Shown here: positions 1 through 12,109 of the stretch, piece after piece
Position numbering within the stretch: position 1 is the first letter of the stretch
Layout: each line of letters opens with the position of its first letter
Assembly: GCF_004010195.1 (NCBI RefSeq)
Contig: NC_057717.1
Span: forward strand, 102,355,002 to 102,419,001
Direction: 5' to 3'
Origin: Chiloscyllium plagiosum
Taxonomy: Eukaryota
DNA: 64,000 bases
The notes under the pieces: generated by a model
Database searches by the model: none
What the model was told of the DNA's origin: nothing
What the model saw: only the letters and a program-made list of their open reading frames with translations
Position numbers and translations under genes: made by a program

Positions 1-600
1 TTTCCAGCACCTCTTCTCTACATACCTCAAAGCCATCCATTCTACTTATTTGTGACTCAGTATTCGCATCGACGACAATGCCCTGTTCCTGAGTAAATAC
101 TGAAGAAAAGTATTCATTCAGTGTCTCCGCAATCTCTTCTGCCTCCACACGCAACTTCCCCCTACTATCCTTGACTGGACCTATTCCTACCCTAGTCATT
201 CTTTTATTCCTAACATACCTATAGAAAGCCTTAGGGTTTTCCCTAATCCTACCGACTAAGTACCTTTCATGTCCCCTCCTTGCTGCTCTTAGGTCTCTCT
301 TCAGGTCCTTCCTGGCTACCCTATAACTCTCAATCGCCCCAATTGAACCTTCACGTCTCATCTTGAGATAGGCCGCCCTCTTCCATTTAACAAGGGATTC
401 CAATTCCTTATTAAACCACGGCTCCCTCGCACGACCCTTTCCTCCCTGCCTGACAGGTACATAATTATCAAGGACACTCAATAGTTGCTCCTTGAACAAG
501 CTCCACATATCATTTACACTCTTGCCTTGGAGTCTACTTTTCCAAGCCACACATCCTAAGTCATGCCTCACCGCATCATAATTTCCCTGACCCCAGCTAT
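1..600 (-). mobile_element. CR1 (HER1-like) LINE ORF2 fragment, endonuclease-RT linker, running off the window edge
   Basis: Minus frame reads ...REPWFNKELESLVK...ENPKAFYRYVRNKRMTR...GPVKD...AETLNEYFSSVFT..., typical of CR1 ORF2. Confidence 0.85.
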
Positions 601-604
601 AACA

Positions 605-1030
605 AGCTGGGGATGTTTTCCCTGGAGCGTCGGAGGCTGAGGGGTGACCTTATAGAGGTTTACAAAATTATTAGGGGATTGGATAGGATAAATAGACAAA
701 GTCTTTACCCTGGCGTCGGGGAGTCCAGAACTAGAGGGCATAGGTTTAGGGTGAGAGGGGAAAGATATAAAAGAGACCTAAGGGCAACTTTTTCACGCAG
801 AGGATGGTACATGTATGGAATGAGCTGCCAGAGGATGTGGTGGAGGCTGGTACAATTGTAATACTTAAGAGGCATTTGAATGGGTATATGAATAGGAAGG
901 GTTTGGAGGGATATGGGCTGGGTGCTGGCAGGTGGGACTAGATTGGGTTGGGATATCTGGTCGGCATGGACAGGTTGGACCGAAGGGTCTATGTCCATGC
1001 TGTACATCCCCATGACTCTATGACTCTATA
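605..1030 (+). mobile_element. CR1 LINE 3' end
   Basis: FSLERRRLRGDLIEVYKI...RTRGH C-terminus, 3' UTR and (ATGACTCT)n tail. Confidence 0.9.
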
Positions 1031-1691
1031 ACAGCATAGAGAGTGCCTCACACCTGATGAATTAACCCCCTTAACCAGTGGAGACCATGGCCCCAAGAAC
1101 CGACCCAGGTGACCACTGGGGTCAGTGCCATTTTCACAGCGTGGAGGTTGGGCCCTCTCCTCTCTGTGAGAAACTGGGTGGTTTCACAACGCATGATGGT
1201 GAGACAAAGAGGTTACTTGTTTCTATCTTTCTGGAAACATTCCAGAGTACCTGACACACAGTGCATTCATTTGAAGGGCTGTTTTGTTGTGACAGGTACT
1301 TTGCATATAACAAAACTTTATATCTAACAATGAGATGTATGACACATCAGACCCATTTGTCCTATTGCCTGTTGATTGAGGGAAGGAAAATTGACCAAGA
1401 CATCAGGTGAACTCCCTTATCCGCGCTCAATAAAGTGCCAAGAATCTTGAGCAATTGCTTTGACATGAGGCTCTGTTAGTGTTTGCACCCCAACAGTAGC
1501 TAAATTAGAGGGCGGGGGGGTGGGGGGTGCTGCACTGACTGAGTGAGGAAAGATATCAGAGACAGGGGGTGTGGGCGTGCAGCGGAGCAACAGAGCTGAA
1601 TATTTCAGAAGGAAGTTCTTCTCAAACCTTTTGTGCTGTACCACATCATGGCCAGGCAGGGGCAATGTTGCTCACAGATCACTTGCACACA

Positions 1692-1917
1692 GTTAAAAGT
1701 CACACAACACCAGGTTATAGTCCAACAGGTTTAATTGGAAGCACACTAGCGTTTGGAGTGACGCTCCTTCATCAGGTGGTAGTGGCCACTACCATGTGAT
1801 GAAGGAGCGTCGCTCCGAAAGCTAGTGTGCTTCCAATTAAACCTGTTGGACTATAACCTGGTGTTGTATGATTTTTAACTTTATACACCCCAGTCCAACA
1901 CCGGCATCTCCAAATCA
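1692..1917. mobile_element. Fold-back (palindromic) Penelope-derived short element with degenerate hammerhead motifs in both arms
   Basis: About 95-bp inverted arms centred on GGTAGTGGCCACTACC; TGATGAAGGAGCGTCGCTCCGAAAGCTAGTG motif. Confidence 0.75.
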
Positions 1918-2249
1918 TGTTTGCAGACGGGCTTCCTTCAGCACTACAGCAAACTATGCACTCCTTTACTGCTCTGGAGTTTGGACCCCAACGTAGACCC
2001 TTCTCTCTGCTGTTTGAGTTGAGTTGCGCTTGCCTAGGTGGCGGGGGATTCCTTCACGTCCTACAGACCAGTCCTCACGCTGAGCATCACTCGCTTCGCC
2101 AAGCACAATGGCGTCACGTTGCAAATAAGGTGCGTCAGGACTTAACGCGCGTTGCTAACTGTGCAACGAACTGACCTGGAATGCCCGGGAGGTGAACGTC
2201 GATTGCCAGGAAACAATGCTCAGGAGGAAGGAGACCCTAATTCTAACCC

Positions 2250-2965
2250 TTACCTCAGGAAAGGTGGACCAGCATTGGACGCAGTCCAGAGAAGGTTCAC
2301 TCGGCTGATCCAGGGGATAGAGGGACTGTCTTGTAAGGAGAAGTTGAGTAGATTGGGGCCTGTACTCATCAGAGTTTAAGGGAATGAGAGGTGACCTCAT
2401 TAATTCATGCAAGATTCTTGGGGGGGGCCGTAGGGTCGGTGCAGAGAGAATGTTTCCCCTTGTGGGAGAGTTCAGGAGTACAGCTCATTATCTCATTTAC
2501 AACAGAGATGAGGAGGGATTTCTTCCTTCAGAGGATGGTGAATGTGTGGAATTCTTTATCGTATGGGGGTCGGAAGAGCTCTCAAGACTGGGTCATTCGA
2601 GACTGAGAGAGCGAGCTTTTTAATCAGGAAGTGGAATTGAGGTTATGGGAGAAAGCAGAAATGTGAGGTTGAGTATTATCAGATCAACCGTGCTCTCATT
2701 GAATGGCTGAGCAGCCTCGATGGGCTGAATGGCTTACACAACTCTAAAGTCTAATGGTCTCATAGAGTTATAGAGATGTACAGCATGCAAACAGACCCTT
2801 CTGCCGAACTCATCCAAGCTGCCAGAGGAAGTGGTGGAGGCTGGTACAATTGCAACATTTAAAAGGCATCTAGGTGAGTATATGAATAGTAAGGGTTCAG
2901 AAGGATATGGGCCAAGTGCTGGCAAATGGGACTAGATTAATTCAGGCTATCTGGTCAGCATGGAG
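2250..2965 (+). mobile_element. Degenerate CR1 3' fragments
   Basis: VQRRFTRLI..., MRGDLI..., EMRRDFFLQRMVNVWNSL motifs and CR1 3' UTR pieces. Confidence 0.8.
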
Positions 2966-3394
2966 TTCAAATAAAATTGTTTCCTTTGAAATATTTGAAC
3001 ACTTTTCTAACTCTGTAAACAATTGAACCCTTGGGGGGTGGAGGGGTGTGGAGGAGTGGAGCGAGAAAGGCTATTGGCACTGAGAGTTGAAAATCAGGAA
3101 GTAAAGATTTGAAAACTGGATAATAAAGAATCTGCTCGCTTTCTCTTTGGATGTAGGATGACTGGGTGGTTCGAGAGTTGGAGCGACCCACAGCAAGAAT
3201 GCGGGAGTTGGCTTAGTCAATGGAGAAGCAAGAAGTGAGAGAAACACGCTAATGGCCACATAGACTATTGCCAAATAATTTTAAAAGCCATTCTCAAACT
3301 AACCTCGCACATGGTTAGCGCTAGCCTGTCCACTGAATTCACTTTTCACCAATGTTGAATTTATAGACTGTGAATGCTGTAACTAATTAAAGGA

Positions 3395-3597
3395 CCGAAT
3401 TAAAAATCACACCACACCAGGTTACAGTCCAACAGGTTTATTTGGAAACACTAGCTTTCGGAGCGCTGATCCTTTGTCAGATGAAGAAGCAGCGCTCTGA
3501 AAGCTAATGCTTCCAAATAAACCTGTTGAACTATAACCTGGTGTAGTGTGATTTTTAACTCGGTCCATCCCAGTCCAACACCGGCACCTCCATATCT
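3395..3597. mobile_element. Fold-back Penelope-derived element with 11-bp TSD TAATTAAAGGA
   Basis: TSD at 3384-3394 and 3598-3608; inverted arms; same family as 1692-1917. Confidence 0.8.
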
Positions 3598-3909
3598 TAA
3601 TTAAAGGAGATTTGTACCAACTGCAGATTCCAAATAAATAAATCCTGTTGGTGGCAAGGAATAGCAGGCATTACTGTTTGGTGCCAAATTAATAGGAGTC
3701 ACAGAATTGGATAAAATTGTTTCATACTTTTTAATACAGAAGCAAATTGTTTGGCTCATCTGCCTGGTGCTGGCGTTTGTGTTATAATGGATATTGTGCG
3801 TACAAGATTTCTCATCTAACAGTGAGGTGAAAGAGGAATCACCGTCCTTTGGATGATTGTCTGATGATTGAGGGAAAAACAGTTGATCGCTCTTTATCTC
3901 ACCTTATTA

Positions 3910-4862
3910 GTGTGGTGGCTCATTGGTTAGCACTGCTGCCTCACAATGTCAGGGACCCAGGTTCAATTCCACCCTTGGGCGACTGTCTGTATGGAGTTTG
4001 CACATTCTTCCCTTGTCTGCGCGGGTTTGCTCTGGGTGCAGCAGTTTTCTCCCACAATCCAAAAATGTGCAGGTTAGGGTGGATAGGCGATGCTAAATTA
4101 CCCATAGTGTCCTGGGATGTGCAGATTAGGGTGGGTTGGCCATGCAAAATTGCCCATAGTGCCCAGGGATATGCAGATTTGGTGGGTTGGCCATGCTGAA
4201 TTGTCCATAGTGTCCAGAGATGTGCAGGTTAGGGTGGATTGGCCATGCTAAATTGTCTGCAGTGTCCAGGGATGTGCAGGTTAGGGTGTATTGGCCATGC
4301 TAAATTGTCTGCAGTGTCCAGGGATGTGCAGGTTAGGGTGGATTGGCCATGCTAAATTGTCTGCAGTGTCCAGAGATGTGCAGGTTGGGTAGATTGGCCC
4401 TGCTAAATTCCCCATAGTGTCCTGGGATGTGCAGGTACGGATGGATTAGCCATGCTAAATTACCCATAGTGTCCTGGGATGTGCAGATTAGGGTGGGTTG
4501 GCCATGCTAAATTGTCCATAGTGTCCAGGGATATGCAGGTTAGGAGGGTTGGCCATGCAAAATTGCCCTGCAGTGTCCAGGGATGTGCAGGTTAGGATGG
4601 ATTGGCCATGCTAACTTGTCTGCAGTGTCTGGGGATGTACAGGTTAGGATGGATTGGTCATGCTCCATGGTCTGCAGTATCCAGGGATGTGCAGGTTAGG
4701 GTAGATTGGCCATGGGAAATTGTCTGTAGTGTCCAAGGATGTGCAGGCTGGATGGATTCGCCATGGTAAATGCAGGCTCAGGGTTGTGGATGAGATACTG
4801 TTCGGAGGGTTAGTGTGGACTCAATGGACCAAATAGCCTGCTTCCACACTGTAGGGATTCTC
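3910..4862 (+). mobile_element. HE1-like V-SINE with internal tandem expansion
   Basis: tRNA-like A/B boxes (TGGCTCATTGG; GGTTCAATTCC), V-domain core, CR1-like tail; array at 4065-4776. Confidence 0.85.
4065..4776 (+). repeat. Minisatellite, ~13.5 copies of a 51-52 bp unit (ATGTGCAGGTTAGGGTGGATTGGCCATGCTAAATTGTCCATAGTGTCCAGGG)
   Basis: Units counted directly; head-to-tail with no spacers. Confidence 0.95.
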
Positions 4863-5631
4863 TAGCTTTCTCCTTCATGTGCTAATCCAGCTTTCCCTGA
4901 AATGCATCTCTGCTTCTTGCGCCTCACGGTAGCGAGTTCTAAATTCTCTCCACTTACTGGGTGCTGAAGTGGTCACTGATAATTTTCTATTTATAATCCC
5001 TTGTCCTGGTCTCGACCCAAGTGGAAACACCTCCTCACTTGGGGTTGACATGTTTTAAGGCTTCCTAAAGACCTGCTGCATCGTTAGTTGGTCAAATACA
5101 TTTTTGTTGTAGTGAATACGCACCTCCAAAGTCCAGTGACTTGCTGAGTTTGATGTGATTATGCCTGAAGGAGGGGATGGTCAGCACTGTTTCTGCCTCT
5201 CCTCAGTGTGTAGAGGTTGGCTGCACAGGATTGCTAGCTTGTCCTAAACCCTTTTAACTAGGGCCACTCTTTCTGCAGATTATACATTGTAAAGGTTCAT
5301 CTCTTGACCAATACCATTACCTTGCGTTTTATTGGAGGAGGGAGGAGACAGGCCTGGAAGGGTTTGAGAATAAGGGTTCTTGAAGTGACAGCCAAAGCCA
5401 GGCAGTGGGTTTAGTGTCAATATATGACTGGGCTCCACTGATCATTCGCTAGTGTTACAACTGAGGTGGGACAGTGTCCCATTGGGCTAAGGACTGTAAC
5501 ATAAAATTAAACTGGCTTTCCTAGTTACCAAGGTGACCTGGTTTGAAACAAAAAAAAGATCTATCAGCTTGGTTTCTTAATAAATACTTTTAGGAAATAT
5601 TACCAAAACTAAACTTAGTCAATCAATGTAG

Positions 5632-5880
5632 TTAAAAATCACACAACACCAGGTTATAGTCCATCAGATTTATTTGGAATTACTAACTTTCAAAACACTG
5701 CTCATTCATCAGGTGATTGTGGAGCAGGATCATAAGATACAGAATTTATCGCAAAATATTACAATGTCATGCAACTGAAATGATATATTAAATAAACCTA
5801 GATTGCTGTTCAGCCTAGGTTTGTTCAATATATTATTTCAGTTGCATGACATTGTAATCTTTTTGCTGTAAATTCTGTGC
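5632..5880. mobile_element. Penelope-derived terminal fragment with ~63-bp-arm hairpin (5740-5878)
   Basis: Starts with the family end GTTAAAAATCACACAACACCAGG; the internal inverted repeat is visible directly. Confidence 0.65.
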
Positions 5881-6044
5881 ACAAACACACATACATGCAC
5901 ACACACGCACAAACACACACTCTCATATGCACATACACATGCATGCATATACACATGCAAATACAGAGACACACACACTTCAGGAAGAGAGAACATTAAA
6001 ACAGGTTGGTCTGCAGAGATTGTAAGCTGTGGAAAAACATCACT

Positions 6045-7816
6045 TTGTGTAGAGGATTATCTCAGAGTACAACTGGACCTTGATCAGATGGCGGATGGGC
6101 AGAGGAGTGGCAGATGGAGCTGAATACAGATAATTGCAAACTGTTGCATTTTGGTGAGAGAAACCATGGCATGATTTGATAAGGTTTCCCATGGTAGGCT
6201 TATGCGGAAAGTCAGGAGGCATGGGATAGAGGGAAATTTGGCCAATTGGATAGAAAACTGGCTAACCGGTCAAAGTCAGAGAGTGGTGGTAGATGGTAAA
6301 TATTCAGCCTGGAGCCCAGTTACAAGTGGAGTTCCGCAGGGATCAGTTCTGGGTCCTCTGCTGTTCGTAATTTTTATTAATGACTTGGATGAGGGAGCCG
6401 AGGGGTGGGTCAGTAAATTTGCAGATGAAATGAAGATTGGTGGAGTTTTGGATAGTGAGGAGGGCTCTTGTCGGCCGCACAGGGACTTGGATATGATGCA
6501 GAGCTGGGCTGAGGAGTAGCAGATGGAGTTCAACCCTGCCAAGTGTAAGGTTGTCCATTTTGGAAAGACAAATAAGAATGCAGAATACAGGATTGACGGT
6601 AGGGTTCTTAGTGTGGTGGAGGAACAGAGGGATCTTGGGGTCTATGTTCATAGATCTTTGAAAGTTGCCACTCAGGTGGATAGAGCTTGTAAGAAGGCCT
6701 ATGGTGTATTAGCGTTCATTAGCAGAGGGATTCAAGAGTCGTGAAGTGATGTTGCAGCTGTACAGGACCTTGGTAAGGCCACATTTGGAATACTGTGTGC
6801 AGTTCTGGTCGCCTCACTTTAGGAAAGATGTGGAAGCTGTGGAGAGGGTGCAGNNNNNNNNNNNNNNNNNNNNNNNNNNNNNNNNNNNNNNNNNNNNNNN
6901 NNNNNNNNNNNNNNNNNNNGCGCTGCCTATGGGAGTGGTAGAGTCAGAATCTTTGGTGACCTTTAAGCGGCAATTGGATAGGTACATGGATGGGTGCTTA
7001 AGCTAGGACAAATGTTCGGCACAACATCGTGGGCCGAAGGGCCTGTTCTGTGCTGTATTGTTCTATGTTCTATGTTCTATGATTTCTGTAGTTAATGAAA
7101 GAGTCCTGGGGAGTATTTTCAAACAGAGAGACCTTGGGATGCAGGTGCATAATTCCTTGAAAGTGGCGTCGCAAGTAGACAAGTTGGTGAAGAAGACATT
7201 TGGCACACTTATCTTCATTAATCAGAGCATTGATTATGACATTGGAATGTTATGTTATGGCTGTGCAAGACATTGGTAATGCCACATTTGGACTACAATT
7301 CTGATTGCCCTGTTATAGGAAGGATGTTATTAAGTTGGAAAGGGTGCAGAAAAGATTTACAAGGATGTTACCGAGACTGGAGCGTTTGAGTTATAAGGAG
7401 AGTCTTTTCTCCCTGGAGCCTCGGAGGCTGAGGGGTGACCTTGAAGAGGTTTATAAAATCATGAGGGCATGGATAGGGTAAATAGGCAAGGTTTTTCTTT
7501 TTGCAAGTGTAGGGGAGTCCAAAACGAAGGGACATAGGTTGAAGGTGAGAGACAACAAATTTAGAAGGGACCTGAGGAACAACACTTTCGCACAGAAGGT
7601 GGTGTGTGTATGGAAGAGCTGCCAGAGAAAGTGATGGATGCTGGTACATTTACAACATTTAAAAGACATTTGAAGGGGGAATACATTAATAGGAAGAGGA
7701 TTAAAGGGATATGGGGAAAGTACAGGCGAAAGGAATGAGTTCAGTTTAGGAAACCTGGTTAGAATGGACGGGTTGGGCTGAAGGGTCTGTTCCTGTGTTG
7801 TATGACTCTATGACTC
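6045..7816 (+). mobile_element. Older CR1 3' fragment interrupted by a younger CR1 (6178-7078)
   Basis: Host reads continuously across ATGATTT (6171-6177 / 7079-7085). The insert has RT motifs [22 protein letters not shown] and an (ATGTTCT)n tail. Gap at 6854-6919. Confidence 0.88.
6854..6919. other. Assembly gap (others at 13686-13983 and 25074-25372)
   Basis: N runs, all inside repeats. Confidence 0.99.
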
Positions 7817-7821
7817 TTGGA

Positions 7822-8975
7822 CTCAAATGTTTATTGGAAGGGTTTCCTCCAAAGTAGCTTGATAAAGCAAGAACCTGTCCAACCCTACTCAAAACCGCGC
7901 CTCAAAGCAAGGCGTTAACATCAGCGATGTGATTTCTTTGTGAATTTTCAAGGACCCCTCCTGTAAAAGAAACTTCTCCAGGAGTGTCAACAAAACTTGA
8001 AATAAATTTCTTTTTTTCCACAATCTTTTAAAACAGAAAGTAGAACTAGGGAAATGAGCCCTTCTCTTGCTTTTGAGCCCCTGCTGTAGATTTTTCCGCC
8101 TACTGAGGAATTCACGATGACCTCCACCAACACTCTGGTATTTCATCCAGAGTGCCCCTGACTATCTTGCATTCCCACCTCTGTGTTAATTACAGGACAA
8201 CTGCCCACCCAAGTGAACCAACAACCACAAAGCCTTGTCTCGGCCTTAAACCCACAACACAAGCCTCATGTCCAATGACTGTGCTACCCTCACCTTGTTT
8301 GTATCTTTTAATTCTTGATGTGTGAAAGCATCTTGAGATTTGTTTGTTCAAAACAAGCAACAGATAAATGGCATGAATGGGCACAGCCAGCCCATTCTTT
8401 TGTCAAGGAAGGAAAATATAAACTCTCATAAATGGGTTTGCACTGACCATTAAAGTGCTTTCTTGGCAATGTATGGAGCTGAAAGCAGAATCTGTTACAT
8501 TATACCCCTGCCTCATTTTCCACACACATTAAATTATAGGGTAGGTGAAACAACAGTGTCTAATCGCAGTGATTATCATTGGCACTTGATGTCTCTGTGA
8601 TTCACTCTTATACAATTACAACTAACCAGATTGATGACTCATCTAAACACAAGAATGACAGCAAATCTCCAAGTTTGGCAAGATGTCAGTTCCCCAATGG
8701 GTGGGGAGACGGGGATAGGAACCCTCAGAGTTTGAGATCACAATGTGGGGCAGAAGTGGTATTGAAGGTAAATCAGCTCCTCAATATCCGATACTTAATT
8801 TTCCTGTTACCTGAGGTGAAGACTGACCATACACTGCACAGGAGGATAAAGTTCACTCATGTTGTTCTGGAAGGAAGGTAACTTTAAATCGCAGAGCGTG
8901 TTGCAACGGCCTGGTGTAATGTTTACCCACTGCCTCTTCCTTCAGAAAGAAATAAATCTTATCAGAAAAAGTAAC
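7822..8975. repeat. Local segmental duplication, copy A
   Basis: Aligns to 15548-16326; the 100-aa ORFs at 8579 and 15930 differ by one residue. Confidence 0.92.
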
Positions 8976-8984
8976 ATTGCACTA

Positions 8985-9425
8985 TAGAGTCATAGAGATG
9001 CACAGCGTGGAAATATATCCTTCAGTCCAACTCGTCCATGCTGACCAGATAGTTTAAATTATTCAAGTCCCGTTTGCCAGCACCCAACCCATACCCCTTT
9101 AGATCCTCCCTATTCATATACCCAGCCTTTTAAGTGTTGTAACTGTAGCCGCTTCCACCACTTCCTCTGGCAGCTCATTCCATACACGTACCCCCTTCTG
9201 CGTGAAAACGTTGCCCTTTTAAATCTTTCCCCTTTCATCTTAAACCTATGCCCTCTACTTTTGGACTCTGCTACCCTGATGAAAAGACCTTGTCTTTTCA
9301 CCCTATCCATGACCCTCATGATTTTATAAACCTCTATAAAGTCACCCCTCAGCCTCCAACACTCCAAGGAAAACAGCCCCAGCCTATTCAGCCTCTCCCC
9401 CTAGATCAAACCCTCCAACCCTGGC
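8985..9425 (-). mobile_element. CR1 3' fragment
   Basis: RLRGDFIEVYKIM...SRGHRFK on minus strand plus tail. Confidence 0.85.
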
Positions 9426-11765
9426 AGAGTTACAGTGATCCTTGGGGATTTCAATATGCAGATGGAAGGGAAAATCAGGTTGATGGTGTATTTCAAGAAA
9501 AGGAATTTGTGGAATGTCTACAAGATGGCTTTTTGGAGCAGCTTGTGGTGGAATCTACTTGGGAACAGGTAATACTGGATTAAGTGTTGTTCACTGAGGC
9601 AGACTTGATAAGGGAGCTTAAGGTGAAGGAACCCTTAGGAGGCAGTGATCATAGTATGATTGAATTTACTGTGTAATGTGAGAGGGAGGGAATAGTATCA
9701 GAGATAACGGTATTATAGGCAACTACAGAAGCATGGGGGGGATCTCGGTAGAATTGACTGGGAGAGGAGCCCAGCAGGAAAGACAATGGAACAGCAGTGG
9801 CAGGAGTTTCTGGGAGTAATTCAGGAGACATGGCAGAGATTCATCCCGAGAAAAGAGAAGCATGGTACAGAGAGGATGAGACAGCCATGGCTGACTAGGG
9901 AAGGCAGGGATAGCATAAAGCAAAAGAGAAAGCATATAATGTGGCGAAGAGCAATGGGTAACCAGAGGATTGGGAAGCTTACAAAAACCAACACAGGGCA
10001 ACAAAAAAAGAAATAAGGATGGAGAAGATTAAATGTGAGGGTAAGCTAGTCAGTCATATATAGGAAGATTGGGCAAAAGAGAGGCTAAAGTGGATATTGG
10101 GCTGCTGGAAAATGATGCTGGAAAGATAGTAGTGGGGAACAAAGAAATGGCTGAGGAACCGATTAATTACTTCAGGTTAGTCTTCATAGTGAAAGACACG
10201 AGTAATATCCCAAAACGTTCCGAGTGTGAGAGAGCAGAGCTGAGTATGGTGATCATCACCAAGGAGCAGGTGCTAGAAAAGCTGAATGGCCTGAATGTGG
10301 ATAAATCACCTGGACCAGATGGACTACATCCCAGAGTTCTATGGGAGATAGTTGAAGAGATAGTGGAGGCGTTAGTGGTCATCTTTCAGGAATCGCTCGA
10401 ATCAGGGAGAGTCCCAGAGGACTGAAAAGTTGCAAAATGACACCCCTGTTTAAAAAGGGAGTAAAGCAAAAGATGGGAAATTAGAGACAGATTAGGCTAA
10501 CCTTGATCATGGGTAAGATCCTGGAATCTATCATGAAGGATGAGATTTCTGAAGACTTGGAAGTCTCTGGTAAAATAAGGCAGAGTCCGTATGGTTTCAT
10601 CAAGGGGAGGTCATGCCTGACAAATCTGCTAGAATTATTTGAGGAGGTAATGAGCAGGTTAGACCAAGGAGAGCCAGTGGATGTAATCTACCTGGACTTC
10701 AAGAAGGCCTTTAACAAGGTGCTGCACAGGAGGCTACTGAGTAAGATAAGGGCCCATGGTGTTAGAGGCAAGGTGCTAGCCTGGATAGAAGCTTGGCTGT
10801 CTGGCAGAAAGCAGAGAGTGGGGATAAAAGGGTCCTTCTCAGGATGGCAGCCGGTGACAAGTGGTGTTCTGTAAGGCTCAGTGTTGGGACCACAACGTTT
10901 CACTTCATACATTAACGATCTAGATGAAGGAACTGAGGGCATTCTGGCTAAGTTTGTAGATGATACAAAGATTGGTAGAGGGACAGGTAGCATTGAGGCG
11001 GTGGAGAAGCTGCAGGAGGATTTGGACAGGTTATGAGAGTGGGCAAAGAAGTGGCAGATGGAGTACAACATGGGAAGGTGTGAGATCATGCACTTTGGTA
11101 GAAAGAAGGTAAACTTACAAGTTGAATCAGTAGTTAGGAAGGCAAATGCAATGATGGCATTTATTTTGAGGACTTGAATATATAAGCAGGGATGTACTTC
11201 TGAGGCTCTATAAGGCTCTGGTCAGACCACATTTGGAGTATCATGCACAGTCTTGGGCCCCATATCTCAGGAAGGACGTACTGTCCCGAGAGCGCGTTCA
11301 GAGGAGGTTCACGAGAATGGTCCAGGAATGAAAAGCTTAACATATGAGGAATGTTTGCGAACTCTAGGTTTAATACTTGATGAGAGGGGATCTAACTGAA
11401 ATACACACAATGCTGAATGGCCTGGACAGAGTGGATGTTGGGAAGATCTTTCCATTGGTAGGAGAAACTAGGACCTGAGGGTACAACCTTAGAGTAAAGG
11501 GAAGACCCTTTAGAATGGAGATAAGGAGAAACTTCTTCAGCCAGAGAGTGAGGAATCTATGGACCTTATTGCCAGAGAAGGCTGTGCAGGCCAGGTCATT
11601 TAGTATATTTAAGATTGAGATAGGTTCTCTGTATCAATGGGATCAAGGGCTTACGGGGAGAAAGCGGGAGAATGGGGTTGTGAAGCTTATCAGCTGTGAT
11701 TGAATAGTGGAGCAGAATCGATGGGCTGAATGGCCTAATTTCTGTTTCGATGTCTTCTGGTCTTA
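9426..11765 (+). mobile_element. 5'-truncated CR1 LINE, disrupted ORF2 (endonuclease end + RT) and 3' UTR
   Basis: KSPGPDGLHPRVL, GFIKGRSCLTNLL, VDVIYLDFKKAF, WQPVTSGV motifs split by stops and frameshifts. Confidence 0.92.
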
Positions 11766-11774
11766 TGGCCTTAT

Positions 11775-12100
11775 CCTTGTCAACCTTTTCTGAACCCTTT
11801 CAAGTTTCACAACATCCTTCCTATAGCAGGAAGGCCAGAATTGAACGCAGTATTCCAAAACTGTCCTGCACAGCCACAACATGACCTTCCAACCCTTATA
11901 CTCAATGGACTGACCAATAAGGGCAAGTGTACCAAACACCTGCTTTACCACCCTGTCTACCTGAGACTCTAATTTCAAGGAGCTATGAACCTGTACTACA
12001 AGGTCTCTTTGTTCAGCATCACTCTCCAGAATATTACCATTAAGGGTATAAGTCCTGTCCTGATTTGCCTTTCCAAAATGCAGCACCTCACATTTATCTA
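11775..12100 (-). mobile_element. CR1 RT C-terminal fragment
   Basis: LHFGKANQ...EQRDLVVQVH...LEYCVQFW...LERVQKR. Confidence 0.85.
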
Positions 12101-12109
12101 ATTTTCTTT

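Noticed and set aside
3910..3975. tRNA gene candidates at SINE heads
   Set aside because: A/B boxes belong to tRNA-derived SINEs and continue into the V-domain; no complete cloverleaf.
4065..4776. CRISPR-like array
   Set aside because: Head-to-tail units with no unique spacers, derived from a SINE, in a vertebrate context with no cas genes.
8579..8881. 100-aa + strand ORF repeated at 15930-16232
   Set aside because: TTG start and no domain; its conservation just reflects DNA identity of the duplicate.
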